Origin: Thelocarpon superellum
Lineage: Eukaryota
Reading direction: 5' to 3'
DNA length: 57,360 nucleotides
Assembly (NCBI GenBank): GCA_026025795.1
Contig: JAPEUG010000070.1
Span: forward strand, 1-57,360
A model generated the notes under the pieces. That model was given only the letters and a program-made list of their open reading frames with translations. It did no database searches and was not told where the DNA came from. How positions within the stretch are numbered: the stretch's first letter is position 1; every line of letters starts with the position of its first letter. This document shows, piece by piece, positions 1-12,932 of the stretch. The position numbers were made by a program, and so were the translations under genes.

Positions 1-3000
1 TACCACAACACAGGCCACATGACATGGCCATTGACCTCACAGAGGGAGAGCCACCATGGGGGCCCCTCTACAACCTATCAGCTACAGAGCTGAGTGTCCT
101 CAAGGACTACGTGGAAACCAACCTAGAAAAGGGGTTCATCCAGCATTCCAAGTCGCCAGCAGGAGCCCCAGTCCTCTTTGCGCCTAAGCCAGGTGGGGGA
201 CTGCGACTCTGCGTGGACTACAGGGGTCTCAATAAGATCACCAAGAAGAACCAGCACCCACTGCTATTGATCAGCAAGTCGCTAGATCGACTCTCACAGG
301 GCAAGGTGTTTACCAAGCTCGACATACGCGCTGTGTACAACCTGATCTGCATCAAGGACAGGGATGAGTGGAAGACAGCCTTCCAAACAAGATATAGACA
401 CTTCGAATACCAGGTGATGCCATTTGGGCTCATCAACGCCCCTGCTACATTCTAGAGCTATATCAATAGAGGACTAGCAGAATACCTGGACAACTTCTGT
501 GTAGTATACTTGGACAACATTGTCATATACAGCAAAGTCAAGGCCAAGCACATGCAGCATGTGTGCAAGGTGCTCAAATGCCTCCTACACCTCGGCCTAT
601 TTCTCAAGCTAGAAAAGTGCCAGTTCAATGTCAACAGAGTCCCCTTTGTGGGGTATGTCATCACACCTCAAGGGGTCCATATGGACCCTAGCAAGGTGGA
701 AGCTGTTGCAGAATGGCCAGCTCCCAAAACAACAAGGGATATCCAATCATTCATTGGATTTGCAAACTTCTACAGGCACTTCATCAAGGGCTTCGCAGAG
801 CTCGCACAGCCACTCAATGCGCTGGTGAAGACACCAAGCAAGAAGTCGAACACGCCTGTGGTGTTGATGCAGGAAGCTCGCTGCTCCTTCAAACAACTAT
901 GCGACGCCTTCACCAAAGCACCAGTCTTAGGCCACTTTGATCCCTGCCTCCCCCTTCAGGTTGAGACAGACGCCTCACAGATAGGCATCTCAGGAATCCT
1001 GTGCCAGCAGCACTAGGAAGACAAGAGGCTACACCACCAATAGCAACCCATTGTGTTCTACTTGCGCAAGCTCAGAGATGCTGAGTACAACTACAATACA
1101 GGCAACCTGGAGATGCTAGCAATTGTCACAGCGTTTGCACAGTGGAGACACTACCTCCAGGGTGCAGCACACCAGATCGAGGTGGTGACAGATCACAATA
1201 ATCTCCACACGTTCACCTCAGCTAAGACGCTGAGTGGACACCACAAGAGGTGGTATAGCGACCTATCTGAATATGACTTCTGAATCACACATCGACTAGG
1301 GAGACTGAACCCAGCTGACGCTCCATTGAGACATCCAGACTACGAGCAAGCCGCTGCCCCTGAGCAGGGAACTCCCATGTGGTTCATCGATACCATGGCT
1401 GGCCACGACCAACCCCATGCGATGGGTGAACCAGGCAGAGCAGCAGCGCTCGCCCTAATGGTTAGCAGTGGCAGCCATGTGTGCATTACACTGCGACGAA
1501 CAGTGATCGCAGCATCACATGCTGAGACAGCTTATGGCAAAGCTACAAGCAATTTCTGCAAGGTCCTTGCAGAACTGCAGCAAGCAGACCCTGACATTGT
1601 ACATATGACACAGAAGGGCTTCCTGCAAGACAATGCCAATACATCAACACAAGGATGCAACAACCCTGCAGTGGTGTGGAGCAAGGACACAGACAGCCTC
1701 GTGCTCCACAAGGGGTGCCTGTACATCCCTGCTCAGGGAGCAGGACGCTTGGAGGTTATGCAAACCCACCACAACAACCCTTTAGCAGGGCACTTTGGTG
1801 TACACAGGACTACAGAGCTGGTCTAGCGAAAGTACAGCTGGCCTACTGTGGCCTGGGACATCGAGGAGTATGTCCTTACCTGCGCCATGTGCAGACGAAT
1901 GAAGCCAGCAAGGCACAAGCAGTATAGAGAGCTACAATTGCTTCCTCCACCATCAGAACCATGGAAGGACCTAACCATGGATTTTGTCACTGACCTACCC
2001 CTGAGTGGTAGCAGTGGGAAGGCCTACAACTCCATCTTAGTCATCATGGACTGCTTCACCAAAATGGTGTGCTACATCGCGGTTCGCAAGACAATCGACA
2101 CACCTGAGCTGGCAGATGTCTTCATTGAGCAGGTTGTTAGCAGATATGGGCTACCAAGCTCCATAGTCTCTGACAGAGGCACAGTGTTCACAGCAAGCTT
2201 CTGGTCTGCGCTGTGCTACCACGCAAGGATCAAGCGCCACTTGAGCTCTGTGTTCCATCTGCAAACAGATGGACAGACAGAACAACAGAACCAGACGCTT
2301 GAGCAATACCTTTGTAGCTACATCAACTGGCATCAAGACAATTGGGTACAATGGCTACCCCTAGCCAAATTCTCCTACAACAACAGTTGCCACACCTTGT
2401 TGGGAGTATCGCTGTTCTATGCGATGTACAGCTACAACCCTGTGCTCAACCTGACTAGGAATCCACCCCCTCGCGAGGTCCCAGATGTCATGCAGAGGGT
2501 TAGCCACCTACAGGAACTACAAGGGGAACTCACACAGCAGCTCCAGGAAGCCCAGAAAACGCAGGCCAGATACTACGATCGCAAGACAAAGCGAATGACA
2601 TACGCAGTCAGACAGCAGGTGTGGCTATCAGCACACAACATCTGCTCTGCAAGACCAAGCAAGAAGCTTGATGTGAAATACCATGGCCCATTCCGCATAT
2701 TGGAAGCAGTAGGCAGGCAGGCCTACTGATTGGACCTAGGGAGCAAGCTGGGCAAGATACACCCTGTGTTCCATGTCTCCCTGTTGGAACCCCACAGGCA
2801 GAGAGACAACAGCGATGAGGAGCAACCAGGCCCCATCCAGATCAACAGCAAAGACAAATGGGAAATAGAGTCCATACTAGCAGAATGCAAGCAGTATAGG
2901 AAGCAGCTCTACCTCATACAATGGAAAGGCTACTCAGAGGCTCACAACTCCTGGGTGCCTGAGGAAGACCTGCTACACTCACGAGACCTACTCAACAAGT

Positions 3001-3074
3001 TCAAACAATGTCAACATGAGTGTCCTACAGCTTCTACAAGACAATCACAGGCACGACGCCAGGCAGTTGATTAA
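1..3074 (+). pseudogene. pol polyprotein (RT-RH-IN-chromodomain) with multiple in-frame stops
   Basis: ORFs 24-455, 510-1016, 1053-1283, 1326-1826, 1848-2729 and 2730-3074 share one frame separated by TAG/TGA stops. Catalytic YLDD reads YLDN at 507-518. Confidence 0.93.
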
Positions 3075-3236
3075 GAATGGATTCAGTCCCTCTGCAGGGA
3101 AGGCGCAGCAACCTAGGAAGCCAGTGGCATGTGGGCTTAGCTCCTAGTGGCTGGGGGCCCAGGGCCCAACCACGCAGCAGGAGATACAAAGATCACCTCA
3201 ACAGGAAAGGACCTGCAAGGTGTAACCAACAAGCAG

Positions 3237-4176
3237 CTAGTTGTCAGCCAGAGGACGACAGGAGGCCTCGGCTCTGTCAAGAGCCATGTGGGAAGCGCTG
3301 GACGCTGTTCGGCTGTGTGGGGTGCGAGGAGTTGCAGACTGCAAGGCCTGGTGGCTAGCGCTTGGGGATGGTTCTGAGGTGATTGTCCCCCCTGAAGGAC
3401 CTTGGCTTGGGGTTGAGGTGATAGACGACAGAGACAAGGGAGCGTCTTGGGTCAATCTGTGCCCATGTCCGCAACGCCCAGCAGATCGAGAGCTGGGGTT
3501 TGTGCTGGGGTTGACTCTGCCAATTGTGAAACCATGCACTCGAGGAGCGGCCTCACCCTCAAGTGGTTTGTCCAGAAGGTCTGGGTCCTCATCAGGACTG
3601 AACAGGTGGACTGCAGGGAATCGATTCTGCCACAATGTGAGCGACACCCAGCAAGCAGCAGAGACAACGCAGACGCCTACCAAGTAGCGCAGCTGGTTCA
3701 GGATCTCCATCAGGAGGAAGTTCGAATGCTCAGTCGCAGCAAGAAGAGCGCTGCTGTCACGCTGTCCACGCTTGTTGAACTTGACAGCAGAACGGAACTT
3801 CGAGATGTGGAGCAGTAGGCTAGACCTATAGGTCTCTAGCTGTGATTCTGCTGCAATGGCGTCAGTAGGAGGATGATGGAGCGAGTTCATGTACTGCTCT
3901 TGCAGCTGGAAGATGGTGTTCATGTGTCCCACAAACTTTGTGGGGATCTAGTTGACGACGACGAATCAGTGCAGCTACGCAGTAGAGCAATCGACATACT
4001 GAGAGACAGGGGTGCCCAGCGATTCGGCACCTATCGCACTTCCTATACAGATTAGGCTTATGGCACCTATGGCTGTGGTTGTGGCCAATCCACTTGATGC
4101 AGTGTTGACAGGTGCTCTGATCCAACACAGGAGGCGGGCCAGGCACAGCCACCTGCTCAGGGAACACAGCAGACAT
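3237..4176 (-). CDS. Antisense cargo gene inside the retroelement; N-terminal Zn2Cys6-like motif, ~277 aa, exons 4176-4000, 3947-3681, 3626-3237
   Basis: Introns GTATGT..CTGAT..TAG (3999-3948) and GTAGGC..GCTCAC..CAG (3680-3627) join the exons in frame. Motif is Cx2Cx11Cx8Cx2Cx6C. Confidence 0.7.
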
Positions 4177-4514
4177 TGTGAGGTTCAGCGAAAGTGGAAC
4201 AGAGGCAGAAGCGGATTGATGGAAGCAGAACAGGAGCAGAACAAACACAGGATATCCTTGAACAAAGAAGCTGCAACGATTGCAGATCGAGATCCTGGTT
4301 GACGAAGAAGCTGCAGAAGAAGCAGAGTGTCAACAGACCCACAACAAATATCAACAATGTGCGAATTAGCAGCAATTCACCACAACACAACAACAACATG
4401 TTGCCCTAGCCCTACAGCGCTATTGACAACCACCCCACAGGGCTATCCAGTTCAATAGCAGCAGGCGAATAGCTGTGTGCGCTCCTGGAACAGAGCACTA
4501 AGGAAGGGGGTAAT

Positions 4515-4771
4515 TGTGAGGCTGGGAGCTCCACGCCTCGCCACGAGGATAGGAGTGATCATGTGATGGCCATGTGATGGTCACATGATACAGCATGTGA
4601 CCTGGCACACTGTATATAAACCGAGTCCTGCTGTGAGCTAGCAGAGCCCCAGTGTTCAACTCAAGTAACACGAGGAGGCTAGTCATAGGTCTATGAGCCC
4701 TAGGAGCCATGGAGTCAACTCCATTGACTATGTCTACTGTTTCCGCCTAGCTGTAGGCCTTTGTCATCACA
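4515..4771 (+). repeat. 3' LTR (257 bp), preceded by polypurine tract
   Basis: TGTGA...TCACA inverted termini, PPT AAGGAAGGGGG ending at 4510, and a TATA-like TATATAAA near 4613. Confidence 0.85.
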
Positions 4772-6120
4772 ATGTTAGTATTATGTTCAAGCAGGCAAGG
4801 AACCTACTGGAACCAGTGATAGCACACAGAGTCTAGTAGCAATTCCATGGAGAACTTGAAGTGCTCATGAGGTTGTAGAGGATGTGTGGGGTGGAGCTGG
4901 CGCTGGAGCTCATGTCTGTGATGTAAGTGGAAGGCCACTAGAGCAAGGAGAAGAGCAACAAGGTGGGAGCAATGAGAAGCCTCCATTGCTGCAAGATTGT
5001 GAGATCTCAGTGTTGGAGGTGAGGAAAAGCTGGATTGGAGCTCCAGAGCTCCCTCCCAATTCCATCATTCAATCCATATATTGCCTATTATAGACTAGTG
5101 GCTACACTATTCCTAAATTCACCAAAAACTGCTATTCCCAAATAGCTCTTCCAAACTTCAGTGACCAGTGGCAAAACCACTCTAATAAGGCCATGCTACT
5201 GAAGTACAGATGCATCGTGAACCCAGGGACGTGAGTTCGGTGTGTGTTTCATCAGAAGCGTGCTGTAGTCGGCGTCGCGCTCACGTAGAGTTGGTGCGAC
5301 CAGACAGTTGTCCTGCGTCCCACACACCGGGCTCGCCTGGCGCAAGGCGAGACCGCGTAGATGGGAAGATGATTTCCCGCTATTTATAGTGGGTGAGGGC
5401 CGCTATCGGACTGCAGGATCCAGGGTCCCAGGGTCGATTGCGACAGGCCATTAGACCCGCCATTAGACCCGCGTCGCTCGACCCCTTTTAGCCACAATGG
5501 GCAATGAGCTCGCGAATAAGCGTAGCTGCTGCATCCACGGTGTTCGCCGTCCACCGTCCGGCCCACGCGGACCCCCCCTCGCCCTGGCCGGCCCGCTGGG
5601 TCCGGACCTGGGTGCGTCGGGAAGAGAGGGCGGGCGAAATCCGTGGCGGTCAAGACGACTACGAGGGACGGGGACGAGGCTTCATGATCGACGGTCCAGG
5701 GAAACCCTGCACGCCGCCACACCGGCCCGTGCGCACCGCGCGACCTACCATTCCCTCCACTTCCATCCCCCGTACCTCGTGTTGCAGCTGAGACCGATAG
5801 TCCATCCGTGGTAGTCTACATAGATTGGCTAGGGTTAGCTGAACATCGTGGCCATGGGTGCTCATTATTGTATTCACCTTCAGTAGTTGTGTACAGTGAA
5901 CCCTACGACACGGCCCAGACCACTTGAGTGTCGTCTTATTCACCACAAAACAGCTCCGTGTGCGCGACCACGTCGCCTTTCTTTACATCCACTCCCTCGC
6001 GCGCACTGCCCTCCGACCTGATCTGATCCTTTCTTCACCCCGGAACCGCTCTCTTTTCGCCACTCCCACCCTTCTGCGCGCTTCACCTCCCACTTCACGA
6101 TCCTCACTTCTCCCGTCACG

Positions 6121-7435
6121 ATGCTTGTGCGATCTGTCCTTGGTCGGGCCGTGAAGGGCGCGACAGCGACCCGTGCTCGTGTCCTGGCCGGATCTCTCCA
6201 TACGTCGGCGCCCGTCTGGCAAGAAAAGGTGGCCGCGCGGGAGGTGCCGGTCTACACGTACACGAGCGAGATGCATCCGGTCGCCACGAGCTCCCTGGCC
6301 GGCTCCATCAGCAGCCGCCCACCCATTGCCACGACGCTACCCGTCGATGAGGCCAAGTCCGCTTCGAGCGTGGACATCACCGAGCCTGTGGACGAGACCC
6401 AAGACGTGGTCGGCCTCAAGGACTCCGTGTATTCCGCTATGCCGCACACGCTGAAAAACTTCACGTTGCAAGGCAAGGTTGCCGTCATCACCGGGTACGT
6501 GTTCCGTGTGCTGACTGATGTGGTGCCACCTGACGTGATACTGACCTTATGTGGTGGCAGTGGCGCTCGTGGATTAGGCTACAACATCGCCGAAGCTTTT
6601 GCCGAAGTGGGCTGCAAGGCCGTCATCATCATGGATGTGCAGCAGGAGCTGGGTGACAGCGCGGCGGCCGCCATCCACGCTCGTAGCAAGATCCCTGTCA
6701 AGTTCTACAAGGTCGATGTGCGGGATGAGAGCGCGATTGCTGAGGTGGTGGAGAACGCCTCCAAGTCCTTTGGGTCCATCGATGTCGTGGTCAATGCCGC
6801 AGGCATCGCCGAGTGAGTTCCCTGCTCGCTATCACCATTGTGCGCGCGCGAACACACCAAGTCTAATCAAGTCGACTAGCTCCAACATCAAAGCCATGGA
6901 TTACGACACGGATCGCTTCCGTCGTCTCATCGACATCAATGTGACCGGCTCGTTCCTGATCGCACAAGCCTGCGGACGCACGATGATCCAAGCCGGCAAC
7001 GGCGGGTCCATCATTTTCATCGCCTCCATGTCCGGCACCATCGTCAACTTCCCGCAGGAGCAATCGTGCTACAATGCCTCCAAGGCGGCGGTCATCCAGC
7101 TAGCCAAGTCACTGGCGGCAGAGTGGGCGCAACACAACATCCGTGTCAACTGCATCTCGCCCGGGTACATGGATACCGCGCTGAATCGTGTGCCGGCCCT
7201 GGATGCGCAGAAACGCATCTGGACGGAGAAGACGCCGCAGCAACGTCTGGGGCAACCGGACGAGCTAAATAATCTTGCGGTGTTCCTGGCCTCGAGCGGC
7301 TCTTCATTCATGACGGGGACCAACTGCATCATCGACGTAAGTCTCCACCGCTGACCTCGGGTCATCTCCACATGTGTGTGCGTCGAGCGCGCCTCGCTGA
7401 CATGAATCTGCCAGGGTGGTTACACACTTTACTAG
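6121..7435 (+). CDS. Short-chain dehydrogenase (D-arabinitol 2-dehydrogenase-like) with probable mitochondrial presequence; 3 introns
   Basis: TG|GARGLG Rossmann motif, NAAGI, ASMSG, YNASK, VNCISPGY and terminal DGGYTLY after splicing. The N-terminus is Arg/Ala-rich. Confidence 0.9.
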
Positions 7436-7999
7436 AAGCTTCCCGACGGGCCCTCTCAGCTGTCCAGCCTCTCTGCAGCGACGCGGGCCTCTTCTGCTCT
7501 GCCCCTTCTGCCTCTTCATGGCTCCATGAGCCCCTTGCCTTGCTTTTCACTCCTCTCTTCCCACCCTACCTAACCTAGATGAATCTTTTCGACGGGGCCA
7601 TTGATGGCTGACGGGGCTTTCTTCCTGCGTGTCCTGAGGGGTGTCGCTTGGGCGGAGGGTGCGCGTTTCACACAAGCAGTCGAGTGGATCAGTTGGTCGG
7701 GCGGATACTCGGTCAATTGGTCATTCGGTCGGTCGGGCTGTTCGGGCGGCTCGGGCGGTCGAGCCTCGATAGAATTCAATCTGATAGAAGGGAATAGATC
7801 GTAAACGAGACGGCTACGGGATGGGACGGGATGGAGGGAACGGGAGCCCGTCGTGTGATGGATGGACGGGCCTGCTTCCTCCGTTTCATTGATAGATGGT
7901 CAACTACTGAAGATTTCCGCCTTCGCCCCCTTGTGGTATCATGGTGCTCGTGGGCTAACGATACGTGACGACCACTCAAGACGCGCGTATCTCATGGGA

Positions 8000-9025
8000 T
8001 CACGTCGGCTTGATCCTCCACCCACCCCAATCATCTTCCTCCAGGTCCTCGCTTTCGCTCTCGGCCTCGTCTTGTGCCCCGCTGCCACCGTTCGCAGGTT
8101 GCTGGACGTCGGCTTCCATCGCCATGGCGCCTCCATCCTCAGGTTCCTGTTCGTGGGCCTGTCGCCGCAGCTCTTCTCTCCGCTCCTTCAACCGCCGGAC
8201 CTTCAGCTCCAGCGCCTCCATCTCCTCGAGCTCCATCTCCATCTGCCGCGCCGCGTCTTCCTTGTCTCCCTCGAGCTCGGCGTCCTGCCGTTCTTTGGCC
8301 TGAGCATTGGCCTCGGCGGTTGATCGCGCGGCAAGTTCGGCGGCGGAGAGGGCCGGCGCGGAGATGGTCGACGGCGCCGTTAAGACACTTGGAAGCTTGG
8401 TGGGGCCAGATGAGACCTCGTCGGCTGTTACGGTGGCAATCTCGCGCTCAAAGGCCGCGTATACGTCCTCGTCGACTGTCTGATCGTTCGCGGCATCGGT
8501 GCTGTCGTTCCGAGGCGCAGATATCGTCGGTGCCGTCTGAGGAGCGGACGATGGGTCATCGAAGAAACCGGTGGGGAGGCCTGAGCCAGAGGCAGACGCT
8601 GTCGATGTCTCTTCCTGGTCCGGGCTCACCTCCGGCTGCTCTGCTGCTGATGTCTCCAGGGTTTCGGGCGCTTCCTCATCCCGCTGTCCTCCGTCGAAGA
8701 ATCCTTCCGGTAGGCCCTTGACCTTCTCGCTGGCTTTGGACCTTTTACTACCCCCGTCCTCTCGCTCATCGGCTTTACGCTTTCGACTTTCCACCAGTGG
8801 TGAAGCGGTCGACGAGCGGTTGGGAAGGCCGTGTCCCCCGCTTTCGTTCTTCAGTCGTTCCGCGTGCCGGCTGGATCGGACATGGCCGTCCCACAGTGAC
8901 TCGGATTTGATCTGGACATGGCAAATGAGGCAGAGGAGCGCGCCCGTGGTCGAGTATGTTGCATGGGGGTGGGTGATCCGACGAGCGTTGCGCTCATTGC
9001 GCAGCAGAGAACGAACGTCGGTCAT
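8000..9025 (-). CDS. C2H2 zinc-finger/coiled-coil protein, ZNF830/CCDC16-like
   Basis: N-terminal CxxC...HxxxxxH finger, LPEGFFD/LPTGFFD motifs and an acidic coiled-coil C-terminus. Confidence 0.75.
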   Translation of the reverse strand: MTDVRSLLRNERNARRITHPHATYSTTGALLCLICHVQIKSESLWDGHVRSSRHAERLKNESGGHGLPNRSSTASPLVESRKRKADEREDGGSKRSKASEKVKGLPEGFFDGGQRDEEAPETLETSAAEQPEVSPDQEETSTASASGSGLPTGFFDDPSSAPQTAPTISAPRNDSTDAANDQTVDEDVYAAFEREIATVTADEVSSGPTKLPSVLTAPSTISAPALSAAELAARSTAEANAQAKERQDAELEGDKEDAARQMEMELEEMEALELKVRRLKERREELRRQAHEQEPEDGGAMAMEADVQQPANGGSGAQDEAESESEDLEEDDWGGWRIKPT

Positions 9026-9725
9026 GTTAGGCAGGAAGCTTGGCTGGTGCAGACATCAGCATGACGATATTGATGCTGCAGCTCAGCTCTCGTCTTCAGG
9101 CGCCGGTCTACGCTAACGTCCGTGGGTCTAGCGCCTCGCGAGCTCGCCGAGGTCGCCTATTGTATCCTCTCATCCATGGAAACATGTATTCGTGCCCAGA
9201 CGTACGCGTGCTCGAACTTGTCATCCCTCGTCAAACTTCCACCTCTTCTAAAAAAGTTCTCTACCTTCTTGTCCTTCGCGGCCTCCCGAAATTTTCCTAC
9301 TTTACGCCTTTCCACTCCTGACGGCTCTTGCATCAAACTCATTCAGCGGGTTGGCGAAGACGCGTTCGGTAACGTGCCGAAATCTTTTCAGCGAGGGGCG
9401 TGGGAAGACCGGGTCCACGCCGAGTTGTCCGTTATCCGCCTCCCTGGTCGCGTGAAGTCATATCAAGCCTTGGATCAACGCCTGACCAGGCGGCTGCGAG
9501 CGTTCCGATTCATCCTCAGTCTCCTGTCGGGTCTTCTATGGATGGTCGTCCTGCGGTTGACGGATGATGGTCGTGACCGAGTGTCTTGTCTACAACATCT
9601 TGTCACTGGCATATCCTGTCTGTAGATCAAAGCTGCGAGGTCAAGACCATAGCGGTCCCTGTACCCGACCCAGCTCAGCCAGCCAGCACGATATCGTAGC
9701 ATCATAGATCTTGGCTGTGGACATC

Positions 9726-12530
9726 ATGAGTGGTAAGCAACCAGGTGCCATGTCCCCTCATCTCCACCGTCGTGGAGTGGCCCGACGCTCTTTCCCCCCA
9801 AGGCGTGTCAAGCGTGGCTAACATGTCTGCAGACGAACCGCGACGGTCTGGCCGTGCCACCAAAGGCCAGCATACCAAACCCCTCGAGACATCGGCCGAC
9901 GCGTCGAAGCCGATGAAGCCCAAATCGGCCAAATCCAAGAACACTCCCGACGACGAGGACGACGAAGAGGAAAATGACGCCATCATCCGGTGCATCTGCG
10001 GCACCACGACGGAGGAAGAGGATGAGGATGAAGAGCGCATGATGATCTGCTGTGATAGATGTGCGTGTTGGCAACACAATGAGTGTATGGAGGTGTCTCA
10101 GGATGAAGACGCGCTGCCCGAAACCTATCTGTGCGAGCTCTGTAGTCCCGAGGACCACAGGACCTTGCTGGAGAAGGTGGGACGAGGCGAAAAGCCTTGG
10201 GAAGAGCGAGCGAAGCAGCCGAAACCTGGCAAGAAGGGAAAGAAGGCGACGACGAAAGGTAGAGGGGGACAGAGGGGCCCAGGGGACGCGAAACCGGAAG
10301 TGGTGGAGAATCTCCAGGGGCAAGTCGGGAAGGAGCAGGCGAACCATGGCGACGATGCAAATAAAGACGGCCTCACCAGCCATGCACCAGGATCAGATCT
10401 TTCCAACGCCATGGGTCTACCTGCTGGGCGGCGCGCCAGCGGGGGAAAGAGAAAGCTACGGGGGAATGGCGACGCAGGGACGCCCGAGGCTCAGCCGGTA
10501 GGTTCTCTGGCATTCAAGGGGTGAAGAGGCCACCTAACGCGTACTAGGTTCCATCGGCCAAGGTGCGAAAGATCTCGGGCCCGGACGTCAAAGGGCCAAA
10601 AGCGGATGGCAATGGCTTGACCAGCCCAAGCGCCGGAGATGCACCTCCGTCAGGCCTGGAGAGCATCCCGAACCTCACTCGTCGCAAGACGGCCGGCGTT
10701 CTAATCAAAGCCATCGGCGAGCAGATCGCGTCCGCTCAGGCCAATGGATCGTACACGCTTCCTGACGAGAAGACGTTGGAGGACGTGGCGCTCCAGCTGG
10801 GGTTGGAGGTGGAAAAGGCCGTCTTCAGTCACCACTCCAATCATCCTGGGGAACCTTCGACGGAATACCGTGTTCGTCTCCGATCGATGATGTTCAACCT
10901 CAAGAAAAATCCGGCCTTGCGGGATCGATTACTCCATCAGCTGCTCTCTCCCGATGAATTCTCCACCATGTCTACGGATGCGATGGCCAGCGAGGAGCTA
11001 CAAAAGCGGACGGCGGAGATGAGGAAGGAGACGGAGAAGCAGCATATTCTTATCAAAGACGACGGACCCCGAATTCGACGGACGCACAAGGGCGAGGAAT
11101 TGGTGGGCGACGAGCGGGAACATGGCGGCGGCAACGAGTCCATCTTCGCCATTGCGCCCGCACGTCGACGAGAGACAACAGTCGAGCCCCAATCTCCGAG
11201 TCTTGCCAGTCCAATGGGTGGTGCTATGAGTCCGGATGGATCTGACGTGAAGGCAAGCCCTGGACGGGAGGGATCGCCCGATCCGGCCCGAAGCGCGACC
11301 AAGAGCGAGACGAAGGCATCACCGCACGTGGGCGGGGGTGAGCGGCGAAGGACTTCGGCCTTTAACATCCAAGATGTGTGGTCGACGGTGCAATCGGCCA
11401 GTGCCGGAACCGAGGCAAAGGAGCCGGGTTCATTCGATGCGCCCAGCGAGACAGCGGTCAGCATTCGCGCGCGTCGCGACGCCCCCGAGGTGGCCATTGA
11501 CTCGGAGATTGACCAGCTGCTGAACGATGACGTCGAATCTCCACCATATTCCCCGACGGACAATGAACCGGACGAGTCTGTCATCTGGCGAGGCAAGGTG
11601 GCGATGGAGGGACAGGCAGAGTTCAGCGGTACGGCACGGCATGTCGGGGGGGCAGACCTGAGCGCGAGCGTGTCATGGCCGACGCTCATCCCCTCGGTCA
11701 TCAACGTCGACGGGCGCATCTCGGTGGACCGGGCCAGCAACTACCTCTGCGGACTCCGGTACAGCAAGAGCACCGACGTGGTGGTGGTGTCCGTGAGCGC
11801 CGTGGGGGGCGAGGCGGCGCAACAGAGCTTTGCCAAACTGTGGGACTATTTCCACGCGCGCAACAAGTACGGCGTGGCGGGGAGTTCGTCTCTCCCACCG
11901 ACGGTCAAAGACGCCTACATCATCCCCGTGGAGGCGGGGATCGAGAAGCTGCCGGAGTTCATGGAGATGCTGGCGTACATGTCGATCGAGTCGCCACGGA
12001 CCGAGCGCATGCTCCTCGTGACATTTGTGGTGCGCGCCGGCACCACCACGCCGTCTGCATCGGCAGTGGCCACGCCACAGCAACCGGATGCCACGGCGTT
12101 GTCGACCGTGACGCCGATCAATCCCACACAGTGGATCAATCCTCCCGCGACGACCTGGCCTCAGACGACTCCGGCTCCCACCAAGGCATCCACACCCAAT
12201 GAACAACACGCCGCTCCCACCAACCCAGCAACCAACCCATCCCTGTCAACATCGACTCCATTGCCATTTTCCGCACGAGCCGCGTCAATCCTTGGTGCTC
12301 TGGCCCACACGCGCGTCGCGAAAGAGGTGTTGTCTCAATCGACACCGCAATTGGGCTCAGCGACAGCAGGACCTCCACAAGGCCAAGGTCAAGGCCAAGG
12401 CCTCAGCGACAAACAGTTGCACGTGATCCGCGACATTCTCGAGCGTGTGCCCGCTGCTCGTGAAGATTTCGCGCTCTTTGCTCGCTTTTTGAGCGATGCT
12501 TCGGCGCGTGAGGGGGCCGGTGCGTCCTAG
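9726..12530 (+). CDS. BYE1: Transcription factor Bye1 (PHD, TFIIS-central, SPOC); 2 introns
   Basis: Micro-exon ATGAGTG|gtaagc..cag gives MSDEPRRSGRATKGQH. PHD (IRCICG..CDRCACWQHNEC..CELC), TFIIS-M (RSMMFNLKKN) and SPOC (IWRG..GRI..KDAYIIP) follow. Confidence 0.9.
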
Positions 12531-12932
12531 GCTACTCAACCGGCGAAAGGATAAAGCGGCAGGCAAGGCAAGGCACGGAAGATGATGGAAGTTTCGTCAT
12601 GTCTGGCTCCGAGTCTTCGGTTGTCTTCTATCGTATCGTATCGTCTTGTCTCGTCTTGTCTCGTCTTTGTTCTACTGTAGGATAAGATGGGACGAGCATG
12701 GGAAAGGTAAGGACAGGGTAGGACAGGGTAGGATAAGACTGCTCTTGCATGATTCGTTCGTTTTGTTTCCATGGGGCTCGAGAAGAGTAGGTAGGCATTA
12801 GTTATCTTTGCTGTATACATGCGTATCATCCCTTTCTCTCTCACTCCAACCGTGAGACGCAGATGATCTGATACTTACGTACATACATTCGCCGCCGCCG
12901 CCGCGCGAGACCGCTTAATATTCCCCGTCCTT

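Larger units (their letters stand above)
1..4771 (+). mobile_element. Ty3/Gypsy (chromovirus) LTR retrotransposon, 3' portion, degenerate
   Basis: Successive stop-broken ORFs encode RT ([21 protein letters not shown]), RNase H (VETDAS, LEMLAIV, VVTDH), integrase (HH..CC, TMDFVTDLP, IVSDRG, QTDGQTE, GPF) and a chromodomain (WEIESIL..YLIQWKGY..NSW). A PPT and LTR follow. Confidence 0.95.

Noticed and set aside
12600..12740. Short TCGTA/TCTTG and GGTAGGACAG tandem repeats
   Set aside because: Low-complexity 3'-UTR sequence between convergent genes with no spacer structure; not CRISPR-like.
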